This document shows, piece after piece, positions 39,588 to 47,830 of a stretch of DNA of 47,830 bases. Each line of letters opens with the position of its first letter. The stretch's first letter is position 1. The notes below the pieces were generated by a model. That model was not told the DNA's origin. It worked only from the letters and a program-made list of their open reading frames with translations, and did no database searches. Made by a program: the position numbers and the translations under genes. Source of the DNA: Gemmatimonadales bacterium (GTDB lineage Bacteria > Gemmatimonadota > Gemmatimonadetes > Gemmatimonadales > GWC2-71-9); assembly GCA_039794085.1 (NCBI GenBank), contig JBDIWC010000033.1:1-47830 (forward strand). The letters are read 5' to 3'.

Positions 39588-42500
39588 ATGCAGAGCAGCG
39601 AGGACCGGACGACACTCCTGGACATCATCGTCACGGTGCGGCGCCGGTGGCGGCTCCGCCTCGCCCTGCGGGGCCTCCTCCTGGTGACCGGGGCTCTCAT
39701 CCTCACGGTGATCCTCGCCGGTCTCGGCCTGAACCAGGCCCACTTCACCCCGAGTGCGATCCTGACGGTGCGCATCGTGGTCTGGGTGGGGCTCCTCGCC
39801 CTGATGATCCATGCGATCGCCCTTCCCCTGCTCCGACAGGTGTCCGACGCCCAGGTGGCGCTCTACGTCGAGGAGAACGAGCCGGGTCTGGAGGCGTTGC
39901 TGGTCAGTGCGGTCGAAGGGGTGAACGGCCAATCGCTCTCCCCCCGGCTGGTGGACCGGCTCGTGGCCCGGGCCGTGGAGCGGGCCCGCATCTTCGACAC
40001 CGGGCTCCCGGCAGATGCCACCGGCATCCGGAGATTTGGCGGCGCCCTGGCTGTGGCCGTGGCCGGGGCCGTTGCCCTCTTCCTCGCAGGCCCGACGCTG
40101 GTCCGCCAGGCGGCGGAGGTGATCTTCGTTCCCTGGTCCGAGGCGGCGGCGGAGGCCCCCTTCGCGGTGCTGGTGGAACCGGGTGACGTGTCGGTCCCGA
40201 AAGGGGGCGATCTCGACGTGCGGGCCCAACTGCGGGGATTCACATCGGAACGGGTGACCCTCCTCTTCCGTCCCACCGACCGACAGGACTGGGATCGTGT
40301 CGGTATGGACGCCTCGGACACCTTGGGCCAGTTCGGTTTCCGGCTCTTCGATCTCCAGGAGCCGATGGAGTATCTCGTGGAGGCGGGCGGGGTGAGCAGT
40401 CCCGTCTTTACCATCAGCGTGACCGACCTTCCGTACGTCAGCAACATCGACCTGGAACTGGTCTACCCCACCTACACCGGCCTCGGCACCGAACGGATCG
40501 AACATGGGGGGGACATCGCGGCCCCGCTCGGCACCAGGGTCACGGTGTTCGCCACCACCACCATGCCGGTCACCGAGGGGCGGATCCTGATCGATGCCCG
40601 GGACACCATTCCGATGACCCCGGCCGATTCGGGGATGCTGGCGGGCCGCATCGAGGTCACGGGAACGGCCCATTACCGGCTGGAGCTGCGCGCGACCTCC
40701 GGTGCCTGGGTGCGGGCCTCTCTCGAGTACCGCATCGATCCGCTCGACGATCACGGTCCCACCGTTTCCTTCAAGGCCCCCGGGCGCGACATCCGGGTCA
40801 CGGCGGTGGAGGAGATTTTTGCCGAGGCGGTGGCCCGGGATGATTACGCCATCCGCTCCCTTGATCTGATCTACACCGTGAACGGGGGCGAGGAACAGCG
40901 AGTCACCCTGCACCCCGGCACTGCACCGCGGCGTCCCGAAGTGAGCGGTGGGCACACCTTCTTCCTCGAGGAGTTTGACCTCGAACCGGGAGATCTCGTT
41001 TCCTACTGGGCTCAGGCGGTGGAGGAGGGACCGCGCGGCCCCGGACGGACCGTCACCAGTGACATCTACTTCATGCAGATCCGCCCCTTCGGACTCGATT
41101 ATCGTCAGGCCGAACAGCAGGGGGGACAGCAGGCCGGGGGACAGGATTCGCCCGACGGGTTCTCGGAGCGGCAGAAGCAAATCGTGGCCGGGACCTTCAA
41201 GGTGCAGCGGGATCGGGACACCGCGGGAGAGCGGCAACTGAATGAGGACCTGGCCACCCTGGCTCTTTCCCAGGGGCGCCTCCGGGAGCAGGTGACCAAC
41301 CTGGCCCGCCGCCTCGCCGACCGGAATGCCCTCACGCGGGATTCCGCCTTCGGCGTGGTGCAGGCGGAGCTGGAGGCGGCCCTTCCGATGATGCAGGAGG
41401 CGGAGGAGCGGCTGGGAACCCGGAAGCCGGACGAGGCGCTGCCGCCGGAGCAGAAAGCGTTGCAGCATCTGCAGCGGGCGGAGGCGGCGTTTCGCGAGGT
41501 CCAGGTAAGCCAGGGTGGGGGAGGTGGAGGCGGGGGAGGTGGGGGAGCCGCCAACGCCGAGGAACTGGCCGACCTGTTCGAGTTGGAGACGGACAAGTTG
41601 CGGAATCAGTATGAGACGGTGGAACGGGGAGAACGGCAACAGCAGCAGGCCCAGGAAGACGAGGCCGCCGAACGCCTCCGCCAGTTGGCCGCCCGCCAGC
41701 AGCAGGAGAATGAACGGCTCCAGCAGGCAGTGCGTGCCATGCAGAACCGGCAGGGACAGGCGGGGGGAGGGAGCGGGGGAGGCGGGAGCTCAGCCGCCGG
41801 TGGAGGGAGCGCTTCCCGCGAGTCGCAGCGGCAGCTGGCGGAGCAGACCGAGGAGCTGGCCCGGCAGCTGGAAAAGCTGGCGAGGGAGCAGCGGTCGGAT
41901 GAGTTGAATCAATCGGCGCGGCAGCTCCAGGAGGCGGCCCAGGCGATGCGGCGGGCCGCAGCGGGCGGGGGCGACGGAGGAGAGGCCGCGGGGGAACGCG
42001 CCCTGGAGCGGATCCGCGAGGCGACACGGCGGCTGGAGAACGGCCGCACCTCCCGTCTCCAACAGGAGATGCAGAACGCGACGCAGCAGGTGGACCGGCT
42101 CCTTGACCGGCAGCAGGAGATCGCGCGGGACGTGAAGCGGATGACCGAGCAGGGTGGTGGGGATCCGCGGCAGGCCGCCCAGCTCATGGAGCGGAAGGAC
42201 TCGCTCGCCTCGGCGATCAACGCCCTGGAGGGCACCCTCGATCGCCTGGGTCGCGATGCCCGCCGTGATCAGGGGGACGCGGCCCGCCGGGTTGCCGAAG
42301 CGGCCGGCGCCGTGCGGGACAACCGGATCGCGGACAAGGTAAGGTTTTCGAAGGGGCTCCTGCGGGGAGCGTCCGCCGAATACGCCAATGCGTTCGAGAA
42401 TCAGATCGCCTCCAACCTCGAGGAGGTGCGGGACAAGCTCGGGGAGGCGGCGGGCTCCGTGTCCGAATCGGAGGAACGACGCCTCGGGCGTGCCCTCGAT

Positions 42501-43097
42501 CGCACGGGTGACGTGCGCCGCGCCCTCGAATCGCTGCAGGACCGGACCAGGGCACAGCAGGGCGAGGGGCAGGGTCGCGAGGGGGAGCCTGGGCAAGGTC
42601 AGCAAGGGCAGGGCGAGGGTCAGCAGGGCCAGGGGCAGACGGGTGGGGCGCCCGGGGGGGAGAGGGCGGGTGGCAACGGGGCGCGGTTCGGCGGTGGAGA
42701 GGGCGCCCGGGGGGGTGCCCTCACGCCGGAGCAGGCTCGGCAGCTGGGGCGGGAGTTCCGGGCCCAGCGTCTCGCGGTGGATTCGGTCCGGCGGAGTCTC
42801 GCGGCGGAGGGGGTCGATGCCGGGGAACTCGACCGGGTGCTTGCGGGGCTACGAGCCCTGGAGTCCCCCGATGCCTACCGGGACATCGAGGCCGTGGAGC
42901 GGCTGCAGCGAACCGCCCTGGAGGCCCTCAAGAACTTCGAGTTCACCCTCCGGCGTCAGGTGTATGGAGACGCGGTCGGCCCGGTGGCGGGAGGAACCGA
43001 CAAGGTTCCGGCCGGATTCCGGGACGCAGTGGCGGAGTACTATCGGTCCTTGGCGCGGAAGGAGAAGCCTGCTCCGACGCCTCAGCCAAAGCGCTGA
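39588..43097 (+). CDS. Large membrane protein: 3 TM, Ig-like domains, long Q/E/G-rich coiled coil (DUF4175-like)
   Basis: AAGGAGG RBS; P.YTG, D..P.V...PGRD, A.DDY.I and L.PGD.V.Y.A motifs; ends VP..FR..V.EYYR.LA. Confidence 0.85.
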   Translation: MQSSEDRTTLLDIIVTVRRRWRLRLALRGLLLVTGALILTVILAGLGLNQAHFTPSAILTVRIVVWVGLLALMIHAIALPLLRQVSDAQVALYVEENEPGLEALLVSAVEGVNGQSLSPRLVDRLVARAVERARIFDTGLPADATGIRRFGGALAVAVAGAVALFLAGPTLVRQAAEVIFVPWSEAAAEAPFAVLVEPGDVSVPKGGDLDVRAQLRGFTSERVTLLFRPTDRQDWDRVGMDASDTLGQFGFRLFDLQEPMEYLVEAGGVSSPVFTISVTDLPYVSNIDLELVYPTYTGLGTERIEHGGDIAAPLGTRVTVFATTTMPVTEGRILIDARDTIPMTPADSGMLAGRIEVTGTAHYRLELRATSGAWVRASLEYRIDPLDDHGPTVSFKAPGRDIRVTAVEEIFAEAVARDDYAIRSLDLIYTVNGGEEQRVTLHPGTAPRRPEVSGGHTFFLEEFDLEPGDLVSYWAQAVEEGPRGPGRTVTSDIYFMQIRPFGLDYRQAEQQGGQQAGGQDSPDGFSERQKQIVAGTFKVQRDRDTAGERQLNEDLATLALSQGRLREQVTNLARRLADRNALTRDSAFGVVQAELEAALPMMQEAEERLGTRKPDEALPPEQKALQHLQRAEAAFREVQVSQGGGGGGGGGGGAANAEELADLFELETDKLRNQYETVERGERQQQQAQEDEAAERLRQLAARQQQENERLQQAVRAMQNRQGQAGGGSGGGGSSAAGGGSASRESQRQLAEQTEELARQLEKLAREQRSDELNQSARQLQEAAQAMRRAAAGGGDGGEAAGERALERIREATRRLENGRTSRLQQEMQNATQQVDRLLDRQQEIARDVKRMTEQGGGDPRQAAQLMERKDSLASAINALEGTLDRLGRDARRDQGDAARRVAEAAGAVRDNRIADKVRFSKGLLRGASAEYANAFENQIASNLEEVRDKLGEAAGSVSESEERRLGRALDRTGDVRRALESLQDRTRAQQGEGQGREGEPGQGQQGQGEGQQGQGQTGGAPGGERAGGNGARFGGGEGARGGALTPEQARQLGREFRAQRLAVDSVRRSLAAEGVDAGELDRVLAGLRALESPDAYRDIEAVERLQRTALEALKNFEFTLRRQVYGDAVGPVAGGTDKVPAGFRDAVAEYYRSLARKEKPAPTPQPKR

Positions 43098-43131
43098 GGC
43101 GATCCGGTTTGGTGTGGGTGCGCCGCTTGTC

Positions 43132-44100
43132 GTGGGTGCGCCACTTGCGGCGCACCTTCTCGTGGTGTGACAAGGACTCATCCGGCAGCACCCCTCCCCC
43201 ACCTCCAAAGCCAACCACAAAAAGCACAGAAGGCACAAAACCGATACCGCCCACTTCACGCTGAAAATGCCCGATGGGCCGGTGGTGGGCCGCGGGGTGG
43301 TTCGTAACCCGCCCTCCTCATGGTGGCGTCATCCCCTTCGGCTCAGTGAATATTGGGGACCACAAGGACGGTGGCAAGAGAGCTGGCCTGCTCTGAGTAT
43401 GTCGGTTACTTGACAAATGGGGGGGTAGCATAGCGTCGAGATGCCGCCGGTCCCTGCTGGGAGTGCGGCAGGTGTCACCCGGGGACAGGCGGGTGGGGCG
43501 GTGCCGGTGCGCCGGACCCCGGGGGACGGTACTTTGTCAAGGAGGGGACCATGCGGGGATGGAACGAGGGTACGGGCAGGTTGGCGGGTGCGCAGGGTGC
43601 AGGGCACTCGAACCGGCAGGACGGCCGATCGGGCCGAGGAGGCATCATGATCATGTCGGTGGCGGCCTGCCTGCTGGCGGGCTGCGGGGACCCGCTGCAG
43701 GCGGGACAGGTGGGGACGCCGGGGGTGGTGCAGGCGAGCGTCGCGGAGACCCCGACCGAGTGCCGGGAGGTGACGTTCACGATCACGAGCCACGACACGG
43801 TGGAGGGGCAGTGGCCCGATTCGACCTGTCAGGAGGGGCTGACGGTGATCGCGGGGGCACCGATGGAGTGGCGGCAGCTGGAGGACCGGCGGCTCCGGAT
43901 GATCGTGCGGTACGTGAACCTGACCGGGGTGCCGGTGCGGTTGCCGCTGGACGTGATGCTCCCGGTGGGAAGCAAGACGCCGCTGGACCCCCACACGGCG
44001 GCGGCCGGCACGATGGTGCCGCTGGAGTATGACAGTCTGGGGGGCCACGGGGAGACCTGGTGGGCGCTGGCGGGGCCGGCGGGGGTGCTGGGAGTAGGGG
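43132..44100 (+). repeat. Duplicated unit, copy 1 (REP hairpin, promoter region, 5' part of lipoprotein gene); copy 2 at 46911-47830
   Basis: Colinear and highly similar except 43255-43334; start codons are 3721 bp apart; copy 2 runs off the window. Confidence 0.95.
43410..43436 (+). promoter_or_regulatory. Putative sigma70 promoter with a G7 tract in the spacer (second copy 47131-47156)
   Basis: TTGACA-15 nt-TAGCGT and TTGACA-14 nt-TAGCAT; both spacers are shorter than canonical. Confidence 0.4.
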
Positions 44101-46733
44101 ACACGAGCCGGGTGGACACGCTGTTGTTCCAGATCCACGAGCCGGTGCTGAGCGCCCGGTTCCGGTTCAACCACTACCCGGTGGAGGCGGCGATCGGCGA
44201 CACGAGTCGGCCTGCGGCACCGTGGCCTGGGGTCTATCCCGAAGGGGAACCGCTACTGGTCGTGGATCCCGCGCGACCTGACCTGACGTACGAGAGAACG
44301 GTGTTCCATGTGTTCTTCGACGATTCGACGTCCGGCCTCGGTGTCCAAAGCTTCATGACCAGGTTCTCGGCCCGGATCATCGGGCGTTTCACGGAGCTGC
44401 TTCCCGATCCGAACCATTACCTGATTGAGATTCCCGACCCGGGGTCCGAATGGCCTCAGGTCGACTCGGTCGTCGCAGCGATGAGGACGTTTCCGGGTAT
44501 TCGGCTGGCTGGGCCATCGGGGTTTGGCAGTCGAATGCGGCTCAGATCGCGGTTTCCCGTCGACTCCGGAGTGTCGGAGTCTCGGGCAGTCTGGTTTTCC
44601 GATGATGCGCGTACCTGGCCATGGAGAGCGGTTCGGGCTCCGCTGGCTTGGGCGTGCGAGAATGGGATGTACGGTACAACCCTGACCCGCGTCGCGGTGA
44701 TCGACGCGTTCTTCTCGGCGAATGGTATTCCGCAGGATCTCGGCCTCTCCCTTGCGAGCGGAGGGGTGGTGTCGCAGTTCACCAATGTGCCATATCGCCT
44801 TGATCTGAATCTCATATCTGGCGTCCTCAACGGCACCCTGACTAACCATGGTACCATGACTGCCGGAATAGCGGCGGCCTCCGGCGACAATGGATCCGGC
44901 ATCGCCGGGATGATCTGGAAATCCAGCCTGCGGCTCTACTCCCTGAACCACCTTACTGCGAGTGGAGTGCCGGAGAGTCCACGAACGCCTACTCAGACAC
45001 TGGCAGCAGCACTCAAAGACGCAGCGAACCGGAATGTCAGGGTCGTCAACCTGTCCCTGGGAGATGGGAATCCCAAAGACAGTATAGACCTCGATCTCGT
45101 GCGGACAGACATGAAAAGGTACTTGAACTCAGGCCCTGACCGGCTGCTGGTCATCTCGGCGGGAAACAGCAATCGCCAGATAACTCTGACGGATCTTGCC
45201 AAGACAACTGACACGATTTTCAGGGCCTCGGACCGTGTCGCGGCGGAACTCATGACCGATTCCGCAGGGACGTATCGCGACAAGATCATCTTCGTCAGTG
45301 CGTTCGGACGCGATGGGCAACTGTGGTCGGCAGGAGGGCAGGGATCGAATGTCATTCTGGGGGAGCAAACCCAGATCGCGGCTCCGGGTGACAATGTTGT
45401 CTCGCTGGTTGATGTCAACGGTGTCCAGGTGATTAGCGGTACCTCGGCGGCGGCTCCGTTCGTGGCCGGGGTGGCGACACAGCTGTGGTCGATGGACCCG
45501 AACCTCACGGCCGCCGATGTGAAGAGATTCATTATCCAAGGTGCTCGGGTGAAACGGCTCGATCCCGCAACCGGGGACTCGGTGCCGGCCCAGGCGGTGA
45601 GCGGCGCGGTGTTTCCCCTGGATGCCTACGGGGCCCTTTCGCTGATGTCAGCCGAGCGCTCGGGCACGCCGATCTGCGGCTTTTCGGCGAAGCTGTTCGG
45701 GCCGCTGGGAAGCCAGCGAATCTCCGTCCAGCGACCCGGTGGCTCCGAGACGATCTCGTTGCCGTCCCAGACACGACCGTATCACGATCTGTCCATCGCC
45801 CTGGGCGGCCGCAAGCTGGCGGTGTCGGGCTTCGGTTTCATGGAACCGGGGCTCTCCTCCCCTCCGGCGGGTGGAACAGCCTACGAGTTGTCCCTGAGTG
45901 GTGGGTCGTGGACCCGCCGGTCGCTCGGGGAATTGTTCGCGAGGCTTTATCTCGAAACGGACACGGTGGATGTCTGGCGCGGAGACGGGAGTCAGCCCCC
46001 CTCGGGGGTGGGTTTGACGGTCACCGACCCCGGATTTGGATTTCACGCCACCATCCGGCGCAACACCGGGACGGTCGACAATCTGCGGCTCGAAACCCCG
46101 TTGGAGGGGCCCGTAGGGTCTCCGAACGTATTCTCGTTCTCGTTCTCTCCCACGGGAAACGACGTGGTCATGGATGTTCACGATGCGTCGGACGCATGCG
46201 CCGAAATATGGCGCATCGACCTTGCGTCCGGTACACCGTCACCTGTGCTGCCAGCTTCATGCACCCCACTCGTCCCCCAGTTCGGCTCCGGGGTCGTGTG
46301 GGCACCGGATGGTGACCTCTTCATCATCGCCGAGGGCCACCTGTTCCTGCAGGAAACTGCCCTCTTCCAGAAGGTGGACAGTGTCCCGCGTGTCAGGTTT
46401 TCGGCGCATCGAGTGTCCACCGGTCCCGTCAGCGGATCGGACACGACTTTCACCGGTCGTTTTGCCCAGATGCTCGGATTCAGGTCCCCGTTCGCCCCCT
46501 TCGATTTCGGGATACCGCAGATCGATCCCACCGGCTCCCGGATGACCTGGAGGGAGGGGACGTATGATGACGCCACCGGGCTGAGGTGCTTCCTCACCAC
46601 TCGCTCGACCGTGTGGCCGTATCCAGTGATCTCCTCTTCGGAGGTTACCATTGGAACCAACACAGATGTGGCCACCGAATGCGTGACGCGGGTCATGATG
46701 AACTTCCTGGACCCGCTCAGGTACCTGCCCTGA
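43551..46733 (+). CDS. S8 (subtilisin-like) serine peptidase lipoprotein with probable C-terminal beta-propeller
   Basis: Lipobox LLAGC; triad VAVID, NHGTMTAG and GTSAAAPFVAG; oxyanion SAGN; FSPTG and WAPDG blades. Alternative starts 43647/43653. Confidence 0.92.
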   Translation: MRGWNEGTGRLAGAQGAGHSNRQDGRSGRGGIMIMSVAACLLAGCGDPLQAGQVGTPGVVQASVAETPTECREVTFTITSHDTVEGQWPDSTCQEGLTVIAGAPMEWRQLEDRRLRMIVRYVNLTGVPVRLPLDVMLPVGSKTPLDPHTAAAGTMVPLEYDSLGGHGETWWALAGPAGVLGVGDTSRVDTLLFQIHEPVLSARFRFNHYPVEAAIGDTSRPAAPWPGVYPEGEPLLVVDPARPDLTYERTVFHVFFDDSTSGLGVQSFMTRFSARIIGRFTELLPDPNHYLIEIPDPGSEWPQVDSVVAAMRTFPGIRLAGPSGFGSRMRLRSRFPVDSGVSESRAVWFSDDARTWPWRAVRAPLAWACENGMYGTTLTRVAVIDAFFSANGIPQDLGLSLASGGVVSQFTNVPYRLDLNLISGVLNGTLTNHGTMTAGIAAASGDNGSGIAGMIWKSSLRLYSLNHLTASGVPESPRTPTQTLAAALKDAANRNVRVVNLSLGDGNPKDSIDLDLVRTDMKRYLNSGPDRLLVISAGNSNRQITLTDLAKTTDTIFRASDRVAAELMTDSAGTYRDKIIFVSAFGRDGQLWSAGGQGSNVILGEQTQIAAPGDNVVSLVDVNGVQVISGTSAAAPFVAGVATQLWSMDPNLTAADVKRFIIQGARVKRLDPATGDSVPAQAVSGAVFPLDAYGALSLMSAERSGTPICGFSAKLFGPLGSQRISVQRPGGSETISLPSQTRPYHDLSIALGGRKLAVSGFGFMEPGLSSPPAGGTAYELSLSGGSWTRRSLGELFARLYLETDTVDVWRGDGSQPPSGVGLTVTDPGFGFHATIRRNTGTVDNLRLETPLEGPVGSPNVFSFSFSPTGNDVVMDVHDASDACAEIWRIDLASGTPSPVLPASCTPLVPQFGSGVVWAPDGDLFIIAEGHLFLQETALFQKVDSVPRVRFSAHRVSTGPVSGSDTTFTGRFAQMLGFRSPFAPFDFGIPQIDPTGSRMTWREGTYDDATGLRCFLTTRSTVWPYPVISSSEVTIGTNTDVATECVTRVMMNFLDPLRYLP

Positions 46734-47271
46734 GCTAGACAGGGAACCGCAGGGGAAGTGGGGTGGGGACATCGGAATCTGGCTGGCCAATACGGCAAGG
46801 CGGCGATCGCCACCGCTCGGCAGTCGGCCGACCAGAATCCGGTGTTCTTTCACCTGCCCTCCTCTCACACGGTCGGGAAATCTCCCTCACCTTCGGCCGA
46901 ATGGCACGCCGTGGGTGCGCCGCTTGCGGCGCACCCGATCACGGTGACAAGGACTCCTCCGGTAGCACACCTCCCCACCCTCCAAAGCCAACCACAAGAA
47001 GCACAAGAGACACAAAACCAGCAGCGCCCATTGGTCTGACCCTTCAATCTCATCCACCTTCGGCTCAGTGAATTGGGGACCACAGGGACGGTGGGGAAGA
47101 GAGCTGGCCTGCTCTGAGTATGTCGGGTGCTTGACAATGGGGGGGTAGCGTAGCATCGAGATGCCGCCGGTCCCCGCGCTGGGAGTGCGGCAGGTATCAC
47201 CCGGGGACAGGCGGGTGGGGCGGTGCCGGTGCACCGGACCCCGGGGGACGGTACTTTGCGAGGAGGGGACC

Positions 47272-47830
47272 ATGCAGGGATGGAGCGTGGGTACGGGCAG
47301 GTTGGTGGGTGCGCAGGGTGCAGGGCACTCGAACGGGAAGGACGGCCGCTCGGGCCAAGGAGGGATCATGATCATGTCGGTGGCGGCCTGCCTGCTGGCG
47401 GGCTGCGGGGACCCGGTGGCACCGCTGCAGGCGGGACAGGCGGTGGCGCCGGGAGTGGTGCAGGCGAGCGTCGCGGAGACCCCGACCGAGTGCCGGGAGG
47501 TGACGTTCACGATCACGAGCCACGAGACGGTGGAGGGGCAGTGGCCCGATTCGACCTGCCAGCAAGGGATCAAGGTGATTCCGGGGGCACCGATGGAGTG
47601 GCGGCAGCTGGAGGACCGGCGGCTCCGGATGATCGTGCGGTACGTGAACCTGACCGGGGTGCCGGTGCGGTTGCCGCTGGACGTGATGCTCCCGGTGGAG
47701 GGGAAGACGCCGCTGGACCCCCACACGGCGGCGGCCGGCACGATGGTGCCGCTGGAGTATGACAGTCTGGGGGGCCACGGGGAGACCTGGTGGGCGCTGG
47801 CGGGGCCGGCGGGGGTGCTGGGAGTAGGGG
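47272..47830 (+). CDS. Paralogous lipoprotein, N-terminal part only (truncated by window end)
   Basis: MQGWSVGTGRLVGAQGAGHSNGKDGRSGQGGIMIMSVAACLLAGCGDPVAPLQ...; open to the end of the window; near-identical to the 43551 N-terminus. Confidence 0.9.
   Translation, partial: MQGWSVGTGRLVGAQGAGHSNGKDGRSGQGGIMIMSVAACLLAGCGDPVAPLQAGQAVAPGVVQASVAETPTECREVTFTITSHETVEGQWPDSTCQQGIKVIPGAPMEWRQLEDRRLRMIVRYVNLTGVPVRLPLDVMLPVEGKTPLDPHTAAAGTMVPLEYDSLGGHGETWWALAGPAGVLGVG

Noticed and set aside
28813..41639. Long antisense ORFs (28813-31155, 31685-34591, 34366-35976, 39267-41639)
   Set aside because: Shadow ORFs opposite well-supported genes in high-GC DNA; no motifs.
43551..47830. Diversity-generating retroelement TR/VR pair
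   Set aside because: No reverse transcriptase; differences between copies are not adenine-specific and the repeat covers the promoter and N-terminus.

Overview
High-GC bacterial chromosomal window; gene content suggests Gemmatimonadota or a similar lineage (inference). It has four parts. (1) The 3' end of an IS30-family element, then a glycoside oxidation/elimination gene set (DUF1080, NHS-type MFS, two Gfo/Idh/MocA, GMC oxidoreductase plus Tat partner subunit, TIM-barrel isomerase) in two convergent halves (2412-6284 and 19570-24362). (2) A ~13 kb accessory island between those halves: a DUF2075 nuclease-helicase, toxin-antitoxin pairs whose toxins are all broken, and single-gene cassettes, several led by the same 47-bp motif and separated by shuffled repeat modules. 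(3) An 8-gene MoxR/vWA/DUF58/DUF4159/TPR-metallopeptidase operon (28831-43097). (4) A tandemly duplicated lipoprotein unit: one complete S8 subtilase gene and the start of a second copy with near-identical upstream DNA and N-terminus. Intergenic DNA is dense with nested inverted-repeat elements, REP/dRS3-like hairpins and several heptamer tandem-repeat families. No rRNA, tRNA, CRISPR array or integrase was seen. Family calls come from motif recognition only; no searches were run.
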